Assembly: GCA_025558095.1 (NCBI GenBank)
Contig: JAIVFI010000009.1
Location: 682,001-746,000 of the forward strand
Length of the DNA stretch: 64,000 nucleotides
Source of the DNA: Hyaloraphidium curvatum SAG 235-1
Taxonomy: Eukaryota; Fungi; Monoblepharomycota
Direction: 5' to 3'
This document shows positions 1 to 11,399 of this stretch, piece after piece; position 1 is the first letter of the stretch, and the number at the start of each line of letters is the position of its first letter. The position numbers and the translations under genes are program-made. The notes beneath the pieces were generated by a model that was not told the origin of the DNA, ran no database searches, and saw only the letters and a list, made by a program, of their open reading frames with translations.

Positions 1-1175
1 TGCGCCGCGTCTCGGCGCTGCTGAGCCACCTCTCTCCCGCCGCGGCGTCCCCGGCGCCAGCCTCGTTCGCGGACGCGCTCGCGCTGGTCGCCGACAACGT
101 CGCCAAGTTCGACATCCAGTACCGCCCGTCGCTCAACTCGAACCACCTCTCGCAGCACCTGTTGACGCTGTACCAGCTCGGTGCGTCGCGGGAGAGGCTG
201 GGGAAGGCGTTCGGCGTGCACGCCAAGAAGCTCGACCCGAGGCCGACGGAAGAACCTGCTGTGCACGTGCAGCTCGAAAGCCTGCCCGCTCTCTTGGGCA
301 AGCGCGAGCACTTTGCCCCCCTCGCCGCCTTCTTCCGTTCCGAGATCGCGCGCCTGGGCGGCATCGGGCCAGCCGTCGCCTTGCACTACCCGAAACTGTC
401 ATCGGGCTGCGCAGGCGCCGCCTTCCACGCGGTGATCCTGCTGGGCTTCGGCTGCGAGTTCAGTGACCCCGCGACCGCCGCCGACGGGCTTGCGTACCTC
501 GCCTACGCGCACGCCAACCTCGGCAAGGTGCCACGCCTTGACTGGCCGCCCGCGCCAGTCAGAGACTCCCTCCTGTCCCTCGCCCGCGCCGTTGATGCCG
601 ACCCCAAGCCCCTCACCCCCGCAAGGCCCGAGTTTATGCCAAAGGTGGCCTCCCTCCACGCCGCTCACGACGACAAGATCGCCCGCGCCGCCGCCTCCTT
701 CCTGCCCCCCGGCACCGAGGCCTCGCTCCCCGCACGCATCCGCGAGCTGCAGCTCTGCGCCGCGTCGCTGTTCGCCACCCCGGGCGCGCAGGAAAGACTG
801 GATTTCTTCCTGCTGCACGGGATGACCTCGCTCCACGCGCTGCGGCGCGTCATGCAGCACCTCCGCGCCGAAGATCGCGCCGAAGTGGCGAGGGACTACT
901 TCCGCGGGTTCTGCTGCCTCTTCCTCGCCCAGCGCCCAGCGGGCTTCCCGACGCCGGAGGAGCTGGCGTCGCGCGATCCCGGGCCGGACGTCTGGCGCAA
1001 CGCGCTGCAGGTCGCTCTGGAGACGGACGACGAGCACGTGGCCAAGGGGATCAGGACACTGCTCGCGTGGGAGCAGGACGGGGAGGGGGACGCGGAGCTG
1101 GGAGGGGTGTGCAGGGCGGCGGCGGGGGTGGTGGTGCGGTGGGTGCGGGAGACGGGCGGGGCGTGGATGTTTTGA
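1..1175 (+). CDS. Questin oxidase family (AflY/DUF4243-like) protein, 5' end outside the window
   Basis: Frame is open from the window start. It reads NSNHLSQHLLTLYQLGAS, GAAFHAVILLGF, DFFLLHGMTSLHAL and DEHVAK, the His-motif pattern typical of this family. Confidence 0.75.
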   Translation, partial: RRVSALLSHLSPAAASPAPASFADALALVADNVAKFDIQYRPSLNSNHLSQHLLTLYQLGASRERLGKAFGVHAKKLDPRPTEEPAVHVQLESLPALLGKREHFAPLAAFFRSEIARLGGIGPAVALHYPKLSSGCAGAAFHAVILLGFGCEFSDPATAADGLAYLAYAHANLGKVPRLDWPPAPVRDSLLSLARAVDADPKPLTPARPEFMPKVASLHAAHDDKIARAAASFLPPGTEASLPARIRELQLCAASLFATPGAQERLDFFLLHGMTSLHALRRVMQHLRAEDRAEVARDYFRGFCCLFLAQRPAGFPTPEELASRDPGPDVWRNALQVALETDDEHVAKGIRTLLAWEQDGEGDAELGGVCRAAAGVVVRWVRETGGAWMF

Positions 1176-1439
1176 GGGGCGTTCTTTCTTCCTTTGCAGG
1201 TCTTGGCGTTGCATAGCCGGATCGAGAACGGATCACCTGTAACCCTCGGGCTGCTCGTCCCAAACCATCTCCACATCCGTCCCCGCTATGCACCACCACC
1301 GCGCGAGCTTCCCGTCCGCCCGGCGGTGCTTCGCGCAAGTGGGTGAGGCCCAGCTGCGCGACCACTCCGCCGCGCACTTCAACCTGCTGTCGAGGAGCGC
1401 GTCGCAGGAGCGCGGATTGTAGAAGAGGGGGGATGAGGA

Positions 1440-2203
1440 AGGGGGGGGGGGGCGCCAACAGGACCTCAGCTTTCTGTTTGTTGTCGCCACCATAGAAGCT
1501 GTACCGTTCTTTGCGACAAATCTGCTGCATGAGCGCTGTAGATCCAGTTGCGTTCACGGCATTGACGTTGAGGCGGTGCGAGGAGTTGGGCCCGCTAGTC
1601 GTCGCAGCCAGCAGCAGCTTGATCACCTCCAGGTTCCCGTCAGCGGAGCAAGCAGTGTGCAGGGCCTTATATCGGTCACCCCCGACGTCGAATTGGTAGG
1701 ATCCGTCCGGCTTCTTGGCTGCGAGAAGGAGCTTGACCGCCTCCAGGTAGCCTCCATCAGGGCTGCGACCATAACGCTCGGTTGAGCACGCAGCACGAAG
1801 GGCAGTTTTAAGGGCAGATTTGTCCGAATCCCTGGCAGCAGTGAAACTCAGTTTGCCGCAATAATCCGCCCAGCAGCACGTGTAGGATGGGCAGCAGCTT
1901 TTTTTGGTGTGCCACAACCATGAGACCAGGCCAGCCTGTACTCTCGATATGGACCACGTTAGGGTCTACGCGTGGGTCGTCGAGCAGGGCGCGTACAACA
2001 TCAACGTGCCCACTTTCGCAGGCTCGGTAGAAGGCAGGGCCATCGAAGAACCCCACATTCGGGTCAAGTGTGAGAAAAGCAAGCAGGTTGCGAACGTCCA
2101 AAAGACGGCCTTCGGAGCATGCCTTGTGAAACTCGACAGCCAACCACTGACCTTCAGCCGCCGGTGACCGTAAAACCGGCTCGTGAACATAGTCAGGGCT
2201 CAT
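1440..2203 (-). pseudogene. Degraded ankyrin-repeat gene, copy 2
   Basis: Ankyrin-like FHKACSEGRLLDVRNLL, FYRACESGHVDVVRALLDDPRVDPN, ALHTACSADGNLEVIKLLL and NATGSTALM. The frame shifts near 1870 and the relic ends at a G12 run. Confidence 0.6.
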
Positions 2204-2246
2204 AGGGCCCGAGGATGCCCTCGTAAGCAGCATTGAGTGAATCTCA

Positions 2247-2889
2247 TCACGCATCAGGTGGTATTTCCAAGAATTGCTCTTCCCAAAGAGGTCGATTGCT
2301 GACTCTTTCGAATTGTGCACAAGGTCGCGGCTCCAACAAAGCCAGGACTATGTCGGTGCCCGTGTTGGAGCCATAAGATCTGTTCAGTGCCACCATCAGC
2401 GGGGTCATTCCGTCTTCGTTAAGACGTCTTGGGCGTCTTGGCTGCAACGAGCAACTTGACAGCCTTCGGATTCCCACTGGAGGAGCATGCAGCATGCAGT
2501 GCCGTCATCTCCGGGCTGTAATACAGGCTCGTGCCGTTGAAGTCTATCTTTCCTGGACTCTCAAGGAGGGTAAGGAGCACGGGCAACAAGTCCTCCCTCT
2601 GCGCGGCAACCATCAAAGCCGTCCACCCGTCCGGATCCCGGGTGCTGGGGTCCACTCTCGGATCATCGAGGAGCGCGCGGACAACTTCGACGTGACCGTT
2701 GACACATGCATTATAGAAGCCGGAACACGTTCCGTCCTCCCGATCGTTGCGGTTGAGCTCCGGGAGGGCGAGAAGCTCTTTGACCTTGGCGAGGTTGCCT
2801 TTGTAACACGCCTCTTTGAACCGTCAATCCACATCATCCAGGCTCAGGTCGCCGGAATCGCTCATCGCGGAAGTATACGAGTCGCTCAT
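2247..2889 (-). pseudogene. Degraded ankyrin-repeat gene, copy 1
   Basis: ATG at 2889, in-frame TGA at 2826-2824 (DVD*RFKEACYKG), then FYNACVNGHVEVVRALLDDPRVDPS and DGWTALM. Frameshift near 2425. Tandem paralogue of 1440-2203. Confidence 0.6.
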
Positions 2890-3162
2890 AGCGGAAGGCT
2901 AGGAGCGCAGACTCCGTGACTCCGTCCAAGATGTCCGGGGCCGGGGCCCATGCACTCCACGAAGTCGCCGCCACGGCCCAGAGGGAACCCGATTCCGGTC
3001 CACGGTATGGAGATCGGAAAGGCAGTTGAAGCGATGGCGTAGCAGTTGTTGAGCGGACGCTCGGGGATCTTTCGCGCGCGCGATGGGTGTTGACGGCGAG
3101 CAGCGCGCAGGGGGACAGTCGAAGAAGCTTCTCCCCCGCCCGCGAACCACTTGGCGCCCAAA

Positions 3163-4247
3163 ATGGCCGCGCCGCCGGCAGTTCAGAACGTCATCGTAGA
3201 GATTCCGCGGCCGCATGTTGCCCTCGCGCGGTTCAACCGGGCGGCGCAGCTCAACGCGTTCAACCTCGCGTTGCAGTGGGACCGTCTCCTTGGACTACCC
3301 GAACTCCGCTAATCTCTTCCTTCTCTCGGGTGAAACCTTTGCAAATGACACGTGCATAGCATGGACATGAAGGCGATCTACGACTGGTTCGCCACCAACG
3401 ACGACCTCCGCGTGCTGGTCCTGACCGGCGAAGGCCGCGCGTTCTGCGCCGGTTCGGACCTCGTCGAGCGGGCAACGAAGCCCGACGACGCGGCCAAGAA
3501 GGACCTAGACCCGAACGGCTACGCGAGCATCGTCATGCGGGATCTGAACAAGCCGATCATCGCTGCAGTCAATGGGATCGCGTTCGGCGGAGGGTGGATG
3601 TCTTTAGGGTTGCTTACCTTTGCTCCGGACCTGACCTCGAGTTGCCGTGGACAGGATGGAGATCTGCATGGCCTGCGACATCATCGTCGCCTCCGACAAA
3701 GCCACGTTCGGCCTCCCGGAGGCCAAGGTCGGCCTATTCGCCTCGGGCGGCGGCACGGCCAACCTCCACCGCCTCATCGGATACCACAACTCGATGAAGA
3801 TGCTCCTCACGGGCGACCCGGTCACGGCGCAGGAGGCTTACGTGGGTTTCGGTGTCATCTTGGTTCATCTGAGGACTGACTTTCACTTCCTCGTACAGCG
3901 CCTGAACCTCATCCAGGACGTCGTTCCCCACGCCGAGCTCATCCCCCGTGTCTTGGATCTCGCCTCTCGCATCGCCTCCAACTCTCCCGACTCGGCAAGT
4001 CCCACCTTCTCCCCCCTTTTCCGCGTGCTGACTTCCTTCCTACCGACAGCTCCGCGCCTCGAAAGCGCACGCTCGGTATGGCCGCGAGGTCGGGCACACG
4101 GCCAGCCAGACGGGGCAGAGGGCGCTGCCCGAGACCGAGGCGCTGTTCCGGGGGCCCAACTCCAAGGAGGGGCCCAAGGCGTTCGCGGCGAAGAGGAAGC
4201 CGGTGTGGGGCCCGGCCGAGCCGCTCGCTGGCACGAGCAGGATGTAG
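3163..4247 (+). CDS. Enoyl-CoA hydratase/crotonase family protein, spliced, C-terminal PTS1-like SRM
   Basis: LTGEGRAFCAGSDL, KPIIAAVNGIAFGGG and FGLPEAKVGL motifs. Four short introns, one of them GC-AG (3995-4049). Ends GTSRM*. Confidence 0.9.
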
Positions 4248-4253
4248 GGGAGA

Positions 4254-5123
4254 TCAAATCTTCGCGGGCTTCTGCCAGTCCACCCAGCCCGCGGCAATGA
4301 CCTTGTTCGTCTGCTTTGCGATGGCGAGCACTTTCTGCCCGGTCGAGTCCCAAACCTCGGAATGCCAATCCGTCCGTCCGCCCGTCGTAGGGCCCCTCCA
4401 GCTTCGCAACTGGAACGGGGCGTCGCCAGCGACCGGCACGGCGCGGATCTGGAGCTGCAAATCCAGCGTAACGTTGCGCTCGCCACCTCCGGTCCACAAA
4501 CTGGGGTCGCCCAGCATGTCGGTGACGGCGGCGAGGTCTTCGATGGGCATTGCCCCGGTGCTGGCATACTCGACCCACCCGCGGCCGGCGTAGCCGCGCT
4601 CCTGATCGTCGAGTGGCGGCCACCATGACGGGAAAGCGGGTATGCCGTCGTAGAGGACGCAAGCATCTTTGCTCGGGAGGGTGGGCGCCGGAAGGTGCGA
4701 CGGCAGGGAGGGGCCACCACGGCCCAGGTCCGCGAGAGTGGCCGTGCCGATAAAGATGCGTTCCTGTTTGCCGCTGCGCGCCTGCCGTAAGTCAATAGAG
4801 AGGACGAGCGACCCTCCTCCCTGGCGCAGCACGCCGACGGCGATTTCAGCCGTCCCGGGTAGCATTGGAGACAGAACAGAGCCAGACACCGTGACGACGT
4901 GTGGGAATCGAGCCGCCAGCCCGCGGCGGGCAGCCTCGTTCAGCGCAGCACGCACGAGCACCACGTTCATGTACCCGCCCCAGGCTGGGCCGCCGTAGGG
5001 GAAGTACGCGGCGAGGTCGCACTGCCAGACCGCAGGATCCTCCCCGTCGCCCCCGCGGAGGAATCGCGACGCGACAAACGCGCTCGGGGGATCCCGAGGA
5101 AGACCGGTTCCCACGGAGGTCAT
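4254..5123 (-). CDS. Thioesterase-like (double hotdog) protein, C-terminal PTS1-like AKI
   Basis: AWGGYM, VLRQGGG, VTLDLQLQIR and EVWDSTGQKVLAIAKQ fit the acyl-CoA thioesterase hotdog pattern. Confidence 0.7.
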   Translation of the reverse strand: MTSVGTGLPRDPPSAFVASRFLRGGDGEDPAVWQCDLAAYFPYGGPAWGGYMNVVLVRAALNEAARRGLAARFPHVVTVSGSVLSPMLPGTAEIAVGVLRQGGGSLVLSIDLRQARSGKQERIFIGTATLADLGRGGPSLPSHLPAPTLPSKDACVLYDGIPAFPSWWPPLDDQERGYAGRGWVEYASTGAMPIEDLAAVTDMLGDPSLWTGGGERNVTLDLQLQIRAVPVAGDAPFQLRSWRGPTTGGRTDWHSEVWDSTGQKVLAIAKQTNKVIAAGWVDWQKPAKI

Positions 5124-5499
5124 GGCTCGCACCGCGGAGGCCGGGATGCTGGGGTGCCCCGCGTTTAGGCTCCCGCGGAAAAGACGATGGAAGGCGGACG
5201 ATCAGCCAGGTATCTCCCGTTCCGCCCACTCCTTCACAGCTGTTCCAAGACATCGACGAGCTCCGACGTCACCGACGACTGCCAACGAGGGCGACATTAT
5301 TGACATCTTTTGCAGTCCGGGCAGCCGGCCAACCCTGTCGCCCCGAACCGCCTCGAAACGCCACGGGCCGTAGGGCACCAGTACGGCTCTGCGAGCACAT
5401 CCCAACCCCCCGCGCGCGGCAGCTACATAACACGACTTCCCGCCCGCGCTAGGTGAGTAATAGGAGATGGCGCTGGTGTCGGTCGCAATGCGGCAACGC

Positions 5500-6347
5500 T
5501 TATAGTCGTGCCGGATCCACCCCCCTAGGGAGAGATCGAAACCGCAGTATCGACCTGGTTGTAGAGGAGGTTATATGTGTTTCCAGACTCCAGCGCCGTC
5601 TTGAAGATGAGGGAGAGCGTCTGAAAAGACGGGAATCGTATGATGGAAGGTTGTGAATGGCACCGACGAGACCAACATGCTTCTTCGCGTCAAGCTTCAC
5701 TTTCGTGACCACGGGCCCTTTCGCTCCAGTCTCGGAATCCACGACAGTATAGGAGGCCGCCGTCGAAGACATTTTGATGAAGTTGCTGGCCAAAGTCCGG
5801 ATCACCACCTCCTTGCCATCCGCGTTCACCGTCACGTCCGACGTGAGCGCATCGGGCGTGATCTTCTTGATCGGCGCCTTGGCGTTGGCGTTCGTGTACG
5901 ACCCCTTGAGCGGGTTCGTCGAGTCCAGGAAGTAGACGTCGTCCAGCACCTCCTCGGCTTCGAAATCGTAGCTTGCCGCGCCGCAGAAGGAGTTGCCGTC
6001 CTCCAGAACGACCCAGGAATCGGTCTTGACCTTCTTGGGCTTGTCCAGGAGCTTCGCGAAGGTCGGATTCGCGGCCTCGAGCATTCCCGAGATGTAGTCT
6101 GGCGCGCCGGCCGTGTCTGTCATAGCCTGCCGCATCGAATGGGAAGGGACGCACCACTCGCATAGAACTTCCCAGCGTAGTAGAGGCCCGCGGGCTCCGC
6201 TGCCGCGGGCGCGATGGCAGCGGCGGCCTACACGAGCGCGACGGCAAAGAGCGCCGTGAGCGCCGCCCGGCCGCGCCGGGCACCCTCGCTGTGGACGGGA
6301 CGTGTCCTCCCGCAATGCTGGATCAGGAGCGGCGACGAGGCAGGCAT
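5500..6347 (-). pseudogene. Secreted/membrane-anchored hypothetical protein with an in-frame TAG in its hydrophobic leader
   Basis: AALTALFAVALV*AAAAIAPAAAEP (TAG at 6230-6228), intron at about 6157-6099, then a well codon-biased exon (YISGMLEAANPTF...). The 3' end loses codon bias. Confidence 0.5.
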
Positions 6348-6499
6348 GTTCGGTGTCCTTGGAGTCATCGGGGCGACCCAGGATTCTCGCGACCCTGAAT
6401 CACTTGCCACTCGACCCTCAGAGTCACCATTTGCCCGACGGACACCAGGGACGCCAGCGACATGGACTCGAAGCTACTGGAATCTTGATGATCTGCGCG

Positions 6500-8420
6500 G
6501 ACGGCGACTGTCGCCAGGGTCGCCAGCTTCTACCGTATCGCAACTGCGACAGGGAAGAGGTATACTACTGCGCCGCAAACGAGGACCTGCCTTCGCCCCA
6601 GCATACTCTTGCGTGCCAACGGGCCCAGGAAAGATCGCATCGACAAAAGAGTGCGCCGATCGGCTTGTCCCTGCGCCGCTCGCTCGTCTGCCGCTGCTGG
6701 TCAAGCTTGCTCGCGGGCCGGCGACCATCGAAAACAACAAAGCGGATCCATCGGATCCGGTTTCCCGTGCTCGAAGCGTCGCCGGCCTCGCTCGAGCCAA
6801 TTTCATGATTGATCGTCCCTTCAGTTCGTGCCGAAGCAGACGTGCCTTCGCAGCACACAGCATCTCCAACTGCGGTTGTACACACTCACGGTGAGCAGCG
6901 GGAGACCGCACCGGCCCTTCCTTGCACCACAAAGCTAGCGGCGATCAAGAAGCTGATGCTGCGCGGGATCCGTGGCGGGCCGGTGGCTCAGGAAGGGACA
7001 CATCGGGTCCATGCGCTCCGATCTGCTGCACCCGGAAGGCCGCCGGCCTAGCCTCGATCGAGGGCTGAAGGAAACGACGGCGCCGGGCAATGACCGACCA
7101 CCGCACAGAAACCATTCGGGCATCTGTCCGGCGTGGAGCTTCATCCCCGACTCCCTCGATTGCCGATCCGTGCGATGGTTGGATCGAGGCTCGCCGATCA
7201 TCGCTAGCTCCCCATTACACATCGCGCCGACTCTGGTCGCGGTACTCAAGAAACTCACGCCCGAAGGCATAGGCTTGGTGGTCCGGTGCCGGGCGCCTGC
7301 GCCAATGTTGCTCGCAGCCGGTCCGAAATAAGGGGGTGACGACTTGGGACGCTTCCAGGGGCGCGCCCCACGAGATGAGCGACGAACTGCGGATTTGAGC
7401 ATCCGCAGCGTCGACGCAGTCCGTGCGGCGCCAGCCCGTCCGCATGGTCAAGGAGTAGGGGGAAGGATTCTGTGCCGTCGACTAAACAACCACGGGGTTT
7501 CGCTGAGAAGGACCAAGTCCGAGAGTGCGATCGCCGGCGCCGAAGATCCACGCATCCATTTGTGTCACATATGTGTCCCTTCCGGCCCATTCTGCTATGG
7601 GGAAGCTGGTGACGAGGTCCGGCGATGTCCGTTGCATGCGGCTGTCCGCCCGGCGCGGCACAGGTCGATCGGTCGTCCGAGCCTTCCGATGAGCCGGGAC
7701 GGCCGAAGCCCATCCGCCGCGCCTGCCGATCCGCCCGTTCATGCACGATCTGTTCGCAGAGCCTCCGGGCCGAGGAGTTCGAGGTGCCGGTGGTCCGCGA
7801 TTCCCAGGGACCGGGCACCGCACCCGCATTTCGTTCCGTTCCGGTCACGGTGCGGAGTCTTCGGCGCCGGCACTGATTCGACGCTTCATGGCCGAACTCT
7901 GACCTGAGCTCGGCGAAAAGCGGACGCCCCGGTGCTGAGAAGCCACCGGCGGTTCTCGGTCCTTCCACGTCGAGCCCGCGCTCCTGTCATGCGACCGTAG
8001 TCAAAACAACGTAGCAGATGGTGCAGCCGATGGCGAGACCGCCCGAGCTGCGCGCCCCGTCCGCCCCGAAACGCCGGGGCGCTTCGGGGCAGATTCTCGC
8101 GCACTTTGCCGGGCTGTCCGACGCCGGTGCGCCCGCGTCGCAAGCCCCATCGAGGAATGGCACAAATTGAGCGCATTCTTGTCCCCCTTCCGGGGCGAGT
8201 GCCCTCCGGTGAAAGGGCGATGCGGTGACGTGGCCGCCGCCGCCGCAGGTCAGTGCGCTCCCGCGGCCCTGCGGAACGACTGAGCGACGCCAGCACGTGA
8301 TTGCGTCTGGCTCGCTCCTAGAGCCGCGGGTGCTCTACGGGTCGCTCGATGCGCAGCCACGGGCTAGCCGGGCGTGAGCTTTCTGAGTGATGGGAGACAG
8401 CCGCGAGCAATCACGGCTCC
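6500..8420 (-). mobile_element. Decayed TnpB/Fanzor-like element, copy C
   Basis: Colinear with 11.4-13.07 kb and 26.1-28.0 kb: LAAVSHH, CCCGCGG stem, CACGTCACCGCA (8232-8221), QLLDRR (6955-6938), LLTVSVYNRSWRCC (6898-6857), GALFCRCDLSW. Boundaries are approximate. Confidence 0.55.
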
Positions 8421-8991
8421 TCCAAACAATCGAACTACACTAGATGGAGAGCAGAAGTCATGCATTAGTGTAGGAAGATACAGATGAAGGATGGGGTTCC
8501 CACGATCCGACCTCGACGAATGGGGAGTGTTGGAGCAGGCAGCTCCAGCGTTTGGGCATGAGAGAGCCTCTGACAGCTCGACTTCAACGTGTATACGCGC
8601 GTTGCGCGCAAAGACCTGGTGCTTCCGAGGGCATTATATTTCAATGATATTAAAGCCACTGATGGGCTCTGGCCTTTGGATGGGCGCCATTGGTGAAGAA
8701 CAGTGCGCGAGCCCGTTTGTGACCGCGCCGCCCAACGGCGGCGGACTGCGTCTCTCGTCTTTCCATTGTTCTTTGGTTACTCTTTCGACATCTATCACTG
8801 CTTAGCGACTGTTACCAGCGCGCGCGCGCCCGCAGCGCGACCCCTGACGAGTGGGACCGGCGCCGGACATGCGGGTTCCACGGACCAACTCCGATATGCT
8901 CCCGCGCCAACCCGTCGGATCCGGACTCCGTCCCGATGATGGAGATTGATGCTGGCGGGAGGGGGGAACCAAAGCAGTCTGTCAACTCGAA

Positions 8992-9040
8992 AGTCAGTCA
9001 GGGAAAAAAGTCAGTCAAAAAAAAACGTCAGTCAGTCACG
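8992..9040. promoter_or_regulatory. Clustered GTCAGTCA motifs separated by A-tracts
   Basis: aaaGTCAGTCAgggaaaaaaGTCAGTCAaaaaaaaacGTCAGTCAGTCA, upstream of the gene at 9302. The same motif occurs near 48693 and 62296. Confidence 0.3.
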
Positions 9041-9301
9041 TACGGCACGACTGAAGAGCCGGTTCGTCCCGGAAGGACGGAACAGCAACCTGTGCTGACC
9101 GGGGAAGGCCTTGAGTCTTGTTGGCGGAGGCGCCGACACACAGACCGGCGAAGCGGCCGCAGACAGCCACCCACGGGGAGCCGTCGTTTCGTTTCCCCAA
9201 TCGGTCAGCGCCACCGGCACTTATTGACTGTAAGGTGCGTGGGCAACTGCTCTGCGGGCCCGGTAGTGCGGGATGGGTTCACCGACGCCCCACACCCGCA
9301 G

Positions 9302-10039
9302 ATGCTCCAACGCGCGGCCGTGCTCGTCCTCGCGGTCGTGGCGGCCCTGGCCTCCAGTGCCCTGGCCCAGGCCACGTGCGGCCCCTCCAACACGGTGTGC
9401 GACGTCAACGCCCACTGCGAGTACCACTACGGTTCCGAGTTCTGCGCGTGTGACTCCGGCTACACGGGCACCGGCGTCACCGGCGACTGCGTGGAGGAGG
9501 AGCCTGCGCGATACACAGATTGCGGCTTCGACATACAGTGCTGCGGCAGTTCCTTGGGAAGCTATCGCTCCCTTGGGTTCAGCGATTGCGAGAACACGTG
9601 CGACAACGACGACCGGTGCACGCACTTCAACTTCGACGGCGCGGGCTGCCAGCTCTTTTCATCCTGCACAGGCCGCAAGGCGGGGAGAGGTTGGGTCTTT
9701 TCCCGCAACGGCGACTGCCCCGCCAGCCGCGGCGGCTGCAAGGCCGACCTGCGCATCACCGTCACCCACGCTCCGGTGCGCCGCGGGGAGCTTGTCAGGC
9801 TCCGCGCCACCGTGCGCCGCGCCGACAACGGTCAGGCCGTGCGCAACGTCCGGATCGTCTTCACCGTACGCGGGGCTTCGGCGGGAAGCGCCACTACCAA
9901 CCACCAGGGGGTTGCGGAGGTGCCAAGGTACAGGTACCCGCGTCATTTTCCGCGGGGCAGGCAGAGTTACCGGGCGAGCCACCCGGGCTCGTCGACGTAC
10001 AACGCGGTGCATTCGGAGGGGACCCTGACCGTCAGTTGA
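9302..10039 (+). CDS. Secreted EGF + PAN/apple + bacterial Ig-like domain protein
   Basis: Signal peptide MLQRAAVLVLAVVAALASSALA. EGF: CDVNAHC...CACDSGYTG. PAN-like: CENTCDNDDRCTHFNF...CQLF. C-terminal beta-rich Big-like domain (VRLRATV...VFTV...TTNHQGVA...LTVS). Confidence 0.75.
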   Translation: MLQRAAVLVLAVVAALASSALAQATCGPSNTVCDVNAHCEYHYGSEFCACDSGYTGTGVTGDCVEEEPARYTDCGFDIQCCGSSLGSYRSLGFSDCENTCDNDDRCTHFNFDGAGCQLFSSCTGRKAGRGWVFSRNGDCPASRGGCKADLRITVTHAPVRRGELVRLRATVRRADNGQAVRNVRIVFTVRGASAGSATTNHQGVAEVPRYRYPRHFPRGRQSYRASHPGSSTYNAVHSEGTLTVS

Positions 10040-10507
10040 GGCGCACTTCGGGCAAGCTGGTGTTGAGCAGCGGGACCGGCCACTATCCTTCTTCGGACAT
10101 TCTTGCATATGAGAGATTTACGACGATACAGACCAGCCAAGATGGCTGCTTTCCTCTCTCTTTTCTGAACTCTGCATGGGTTGTTTTCGGTGGATTTGGA
10201 TCGGCAGACTTTCGGACATAAAAGTTATTCGGCAAGCCTTTCGCGGCGGGAGTGTAACCGAGATATAATTGCAACCTGAAAAGAGTTTCCCTCCATCCTT
10301 CATTCTCGAAGGCAATTCTCCCGGCCCATCGCTGGGAGGAGATGATATCCAATCACAAACGAAGAGAGCAGACCAGCATGGCGAGTTACCATCGCAGCGC
10401 TATTGGACCAAGCCCCGACAGTTCCAATCCCTTCCACCCATTTGACGCCACTTTCCGTGCTTGGGCCGCCCCGTTTCCCCTCCGCCTTCCCCTCCGCCAA
10501 CACCACG

Positions 10508-11333
10508 ATGTCCCGCGAGGTCGCGCAGTCGATCGTCGCGGCGATGGCGGCGTCCTTTGCCGCGGCGCCCCTCGACCGCGCGAAGCTAGTCACGCAGTCT
10601 GGCCAGTTCCCGGGCGAGCACGCTCTCAAGGTGCTGCGCCACCTCTTCGACGCCCAGGGCTTCGCGGGACTGTGGCGCGGCGCGTGGGCGTCGTCGCTCC
10701 GCGCGATCCCCGTCATCGCCGTCGGCTACGTGTTCGGCCTGCGCGCGGTGCCCAAGGAGGGATCGGAGGAGCCCCCAAGCCGCGCGCGCGCCGTCCTCCG
10801 CTCGCTCGCGCAGTCCCTCACCGCGCTGCTGCTCGCCACCCCGCTGGACGTGCTCCGCGCCCGCCTCGCCACGGACCTCACCGCCGGCCTCTCCTTCTCG
10901 GACTCTCTGTCCCGCGCGGCGCCGAAGGACCTCGCGGGGTGGTTCTCCGGGTTCCCGGCCGCCGCTGCCGGGATCCTCGCCTACACCGCGGCGTTCCACG
11001 GGCTGGTCGTGGCGGCGGAGCTCGCCGGGGTCCGGGGACCGGGAGGCGCCATCGCGGCGACGCTGGCGAGCGGGCTGGCTCAGTTCCCCTTCGACGTCGT
11101 CAGGACGTGGGTTGCCGTTCCCTCCCTTTCATTCACTTCCCCACTAATCGGTTCCCCCCTCGCCCTTCAGCCGAATGATGTCCGCCGCCTCCCCCACGCC
11201 CGCCTGGTCCGCCTTTTCCAAGGCCTGGGACAGGGGCACCCTCTTCCTCGGGTTCCCGGCGAGCCTGCTGCACGGCGCCGCGATGGCCATCGCCGCCGCG
11301 GGGGTGCACGCGGCGATGAGGAGCGCGAAGTGA
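10508..11333 (+). CDS. Divergent mitochondrial carrier (SLC25) family protein
   Basis: Three Px[DE]xx[KR] signatures (PLDRAK, PLDVLR, PFDVVR) and QGFAGLWRG. One intron at about 11108-11170. Confidence 0.8.
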
Positions 11334-11399
11334 GGCGTTTTCGGACGTGATGGGGATCAAAATGGCGAAGGCCGGGAGGAGGAAGTGGCTCGGGTTGGA

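Noticed and set aside
1233-1430. Coding-like fragment resembling a flavin monooxygenase C-terminus
   Set aside because: Too short and too weak to assign.
8465-8659. Short minus-strand ORF (RVYTLKSSCQRL) as the N-terminus of the decayed nuclease
   Set aside because: Position and strand fit, but I could not find a counterpart in copies A or B.
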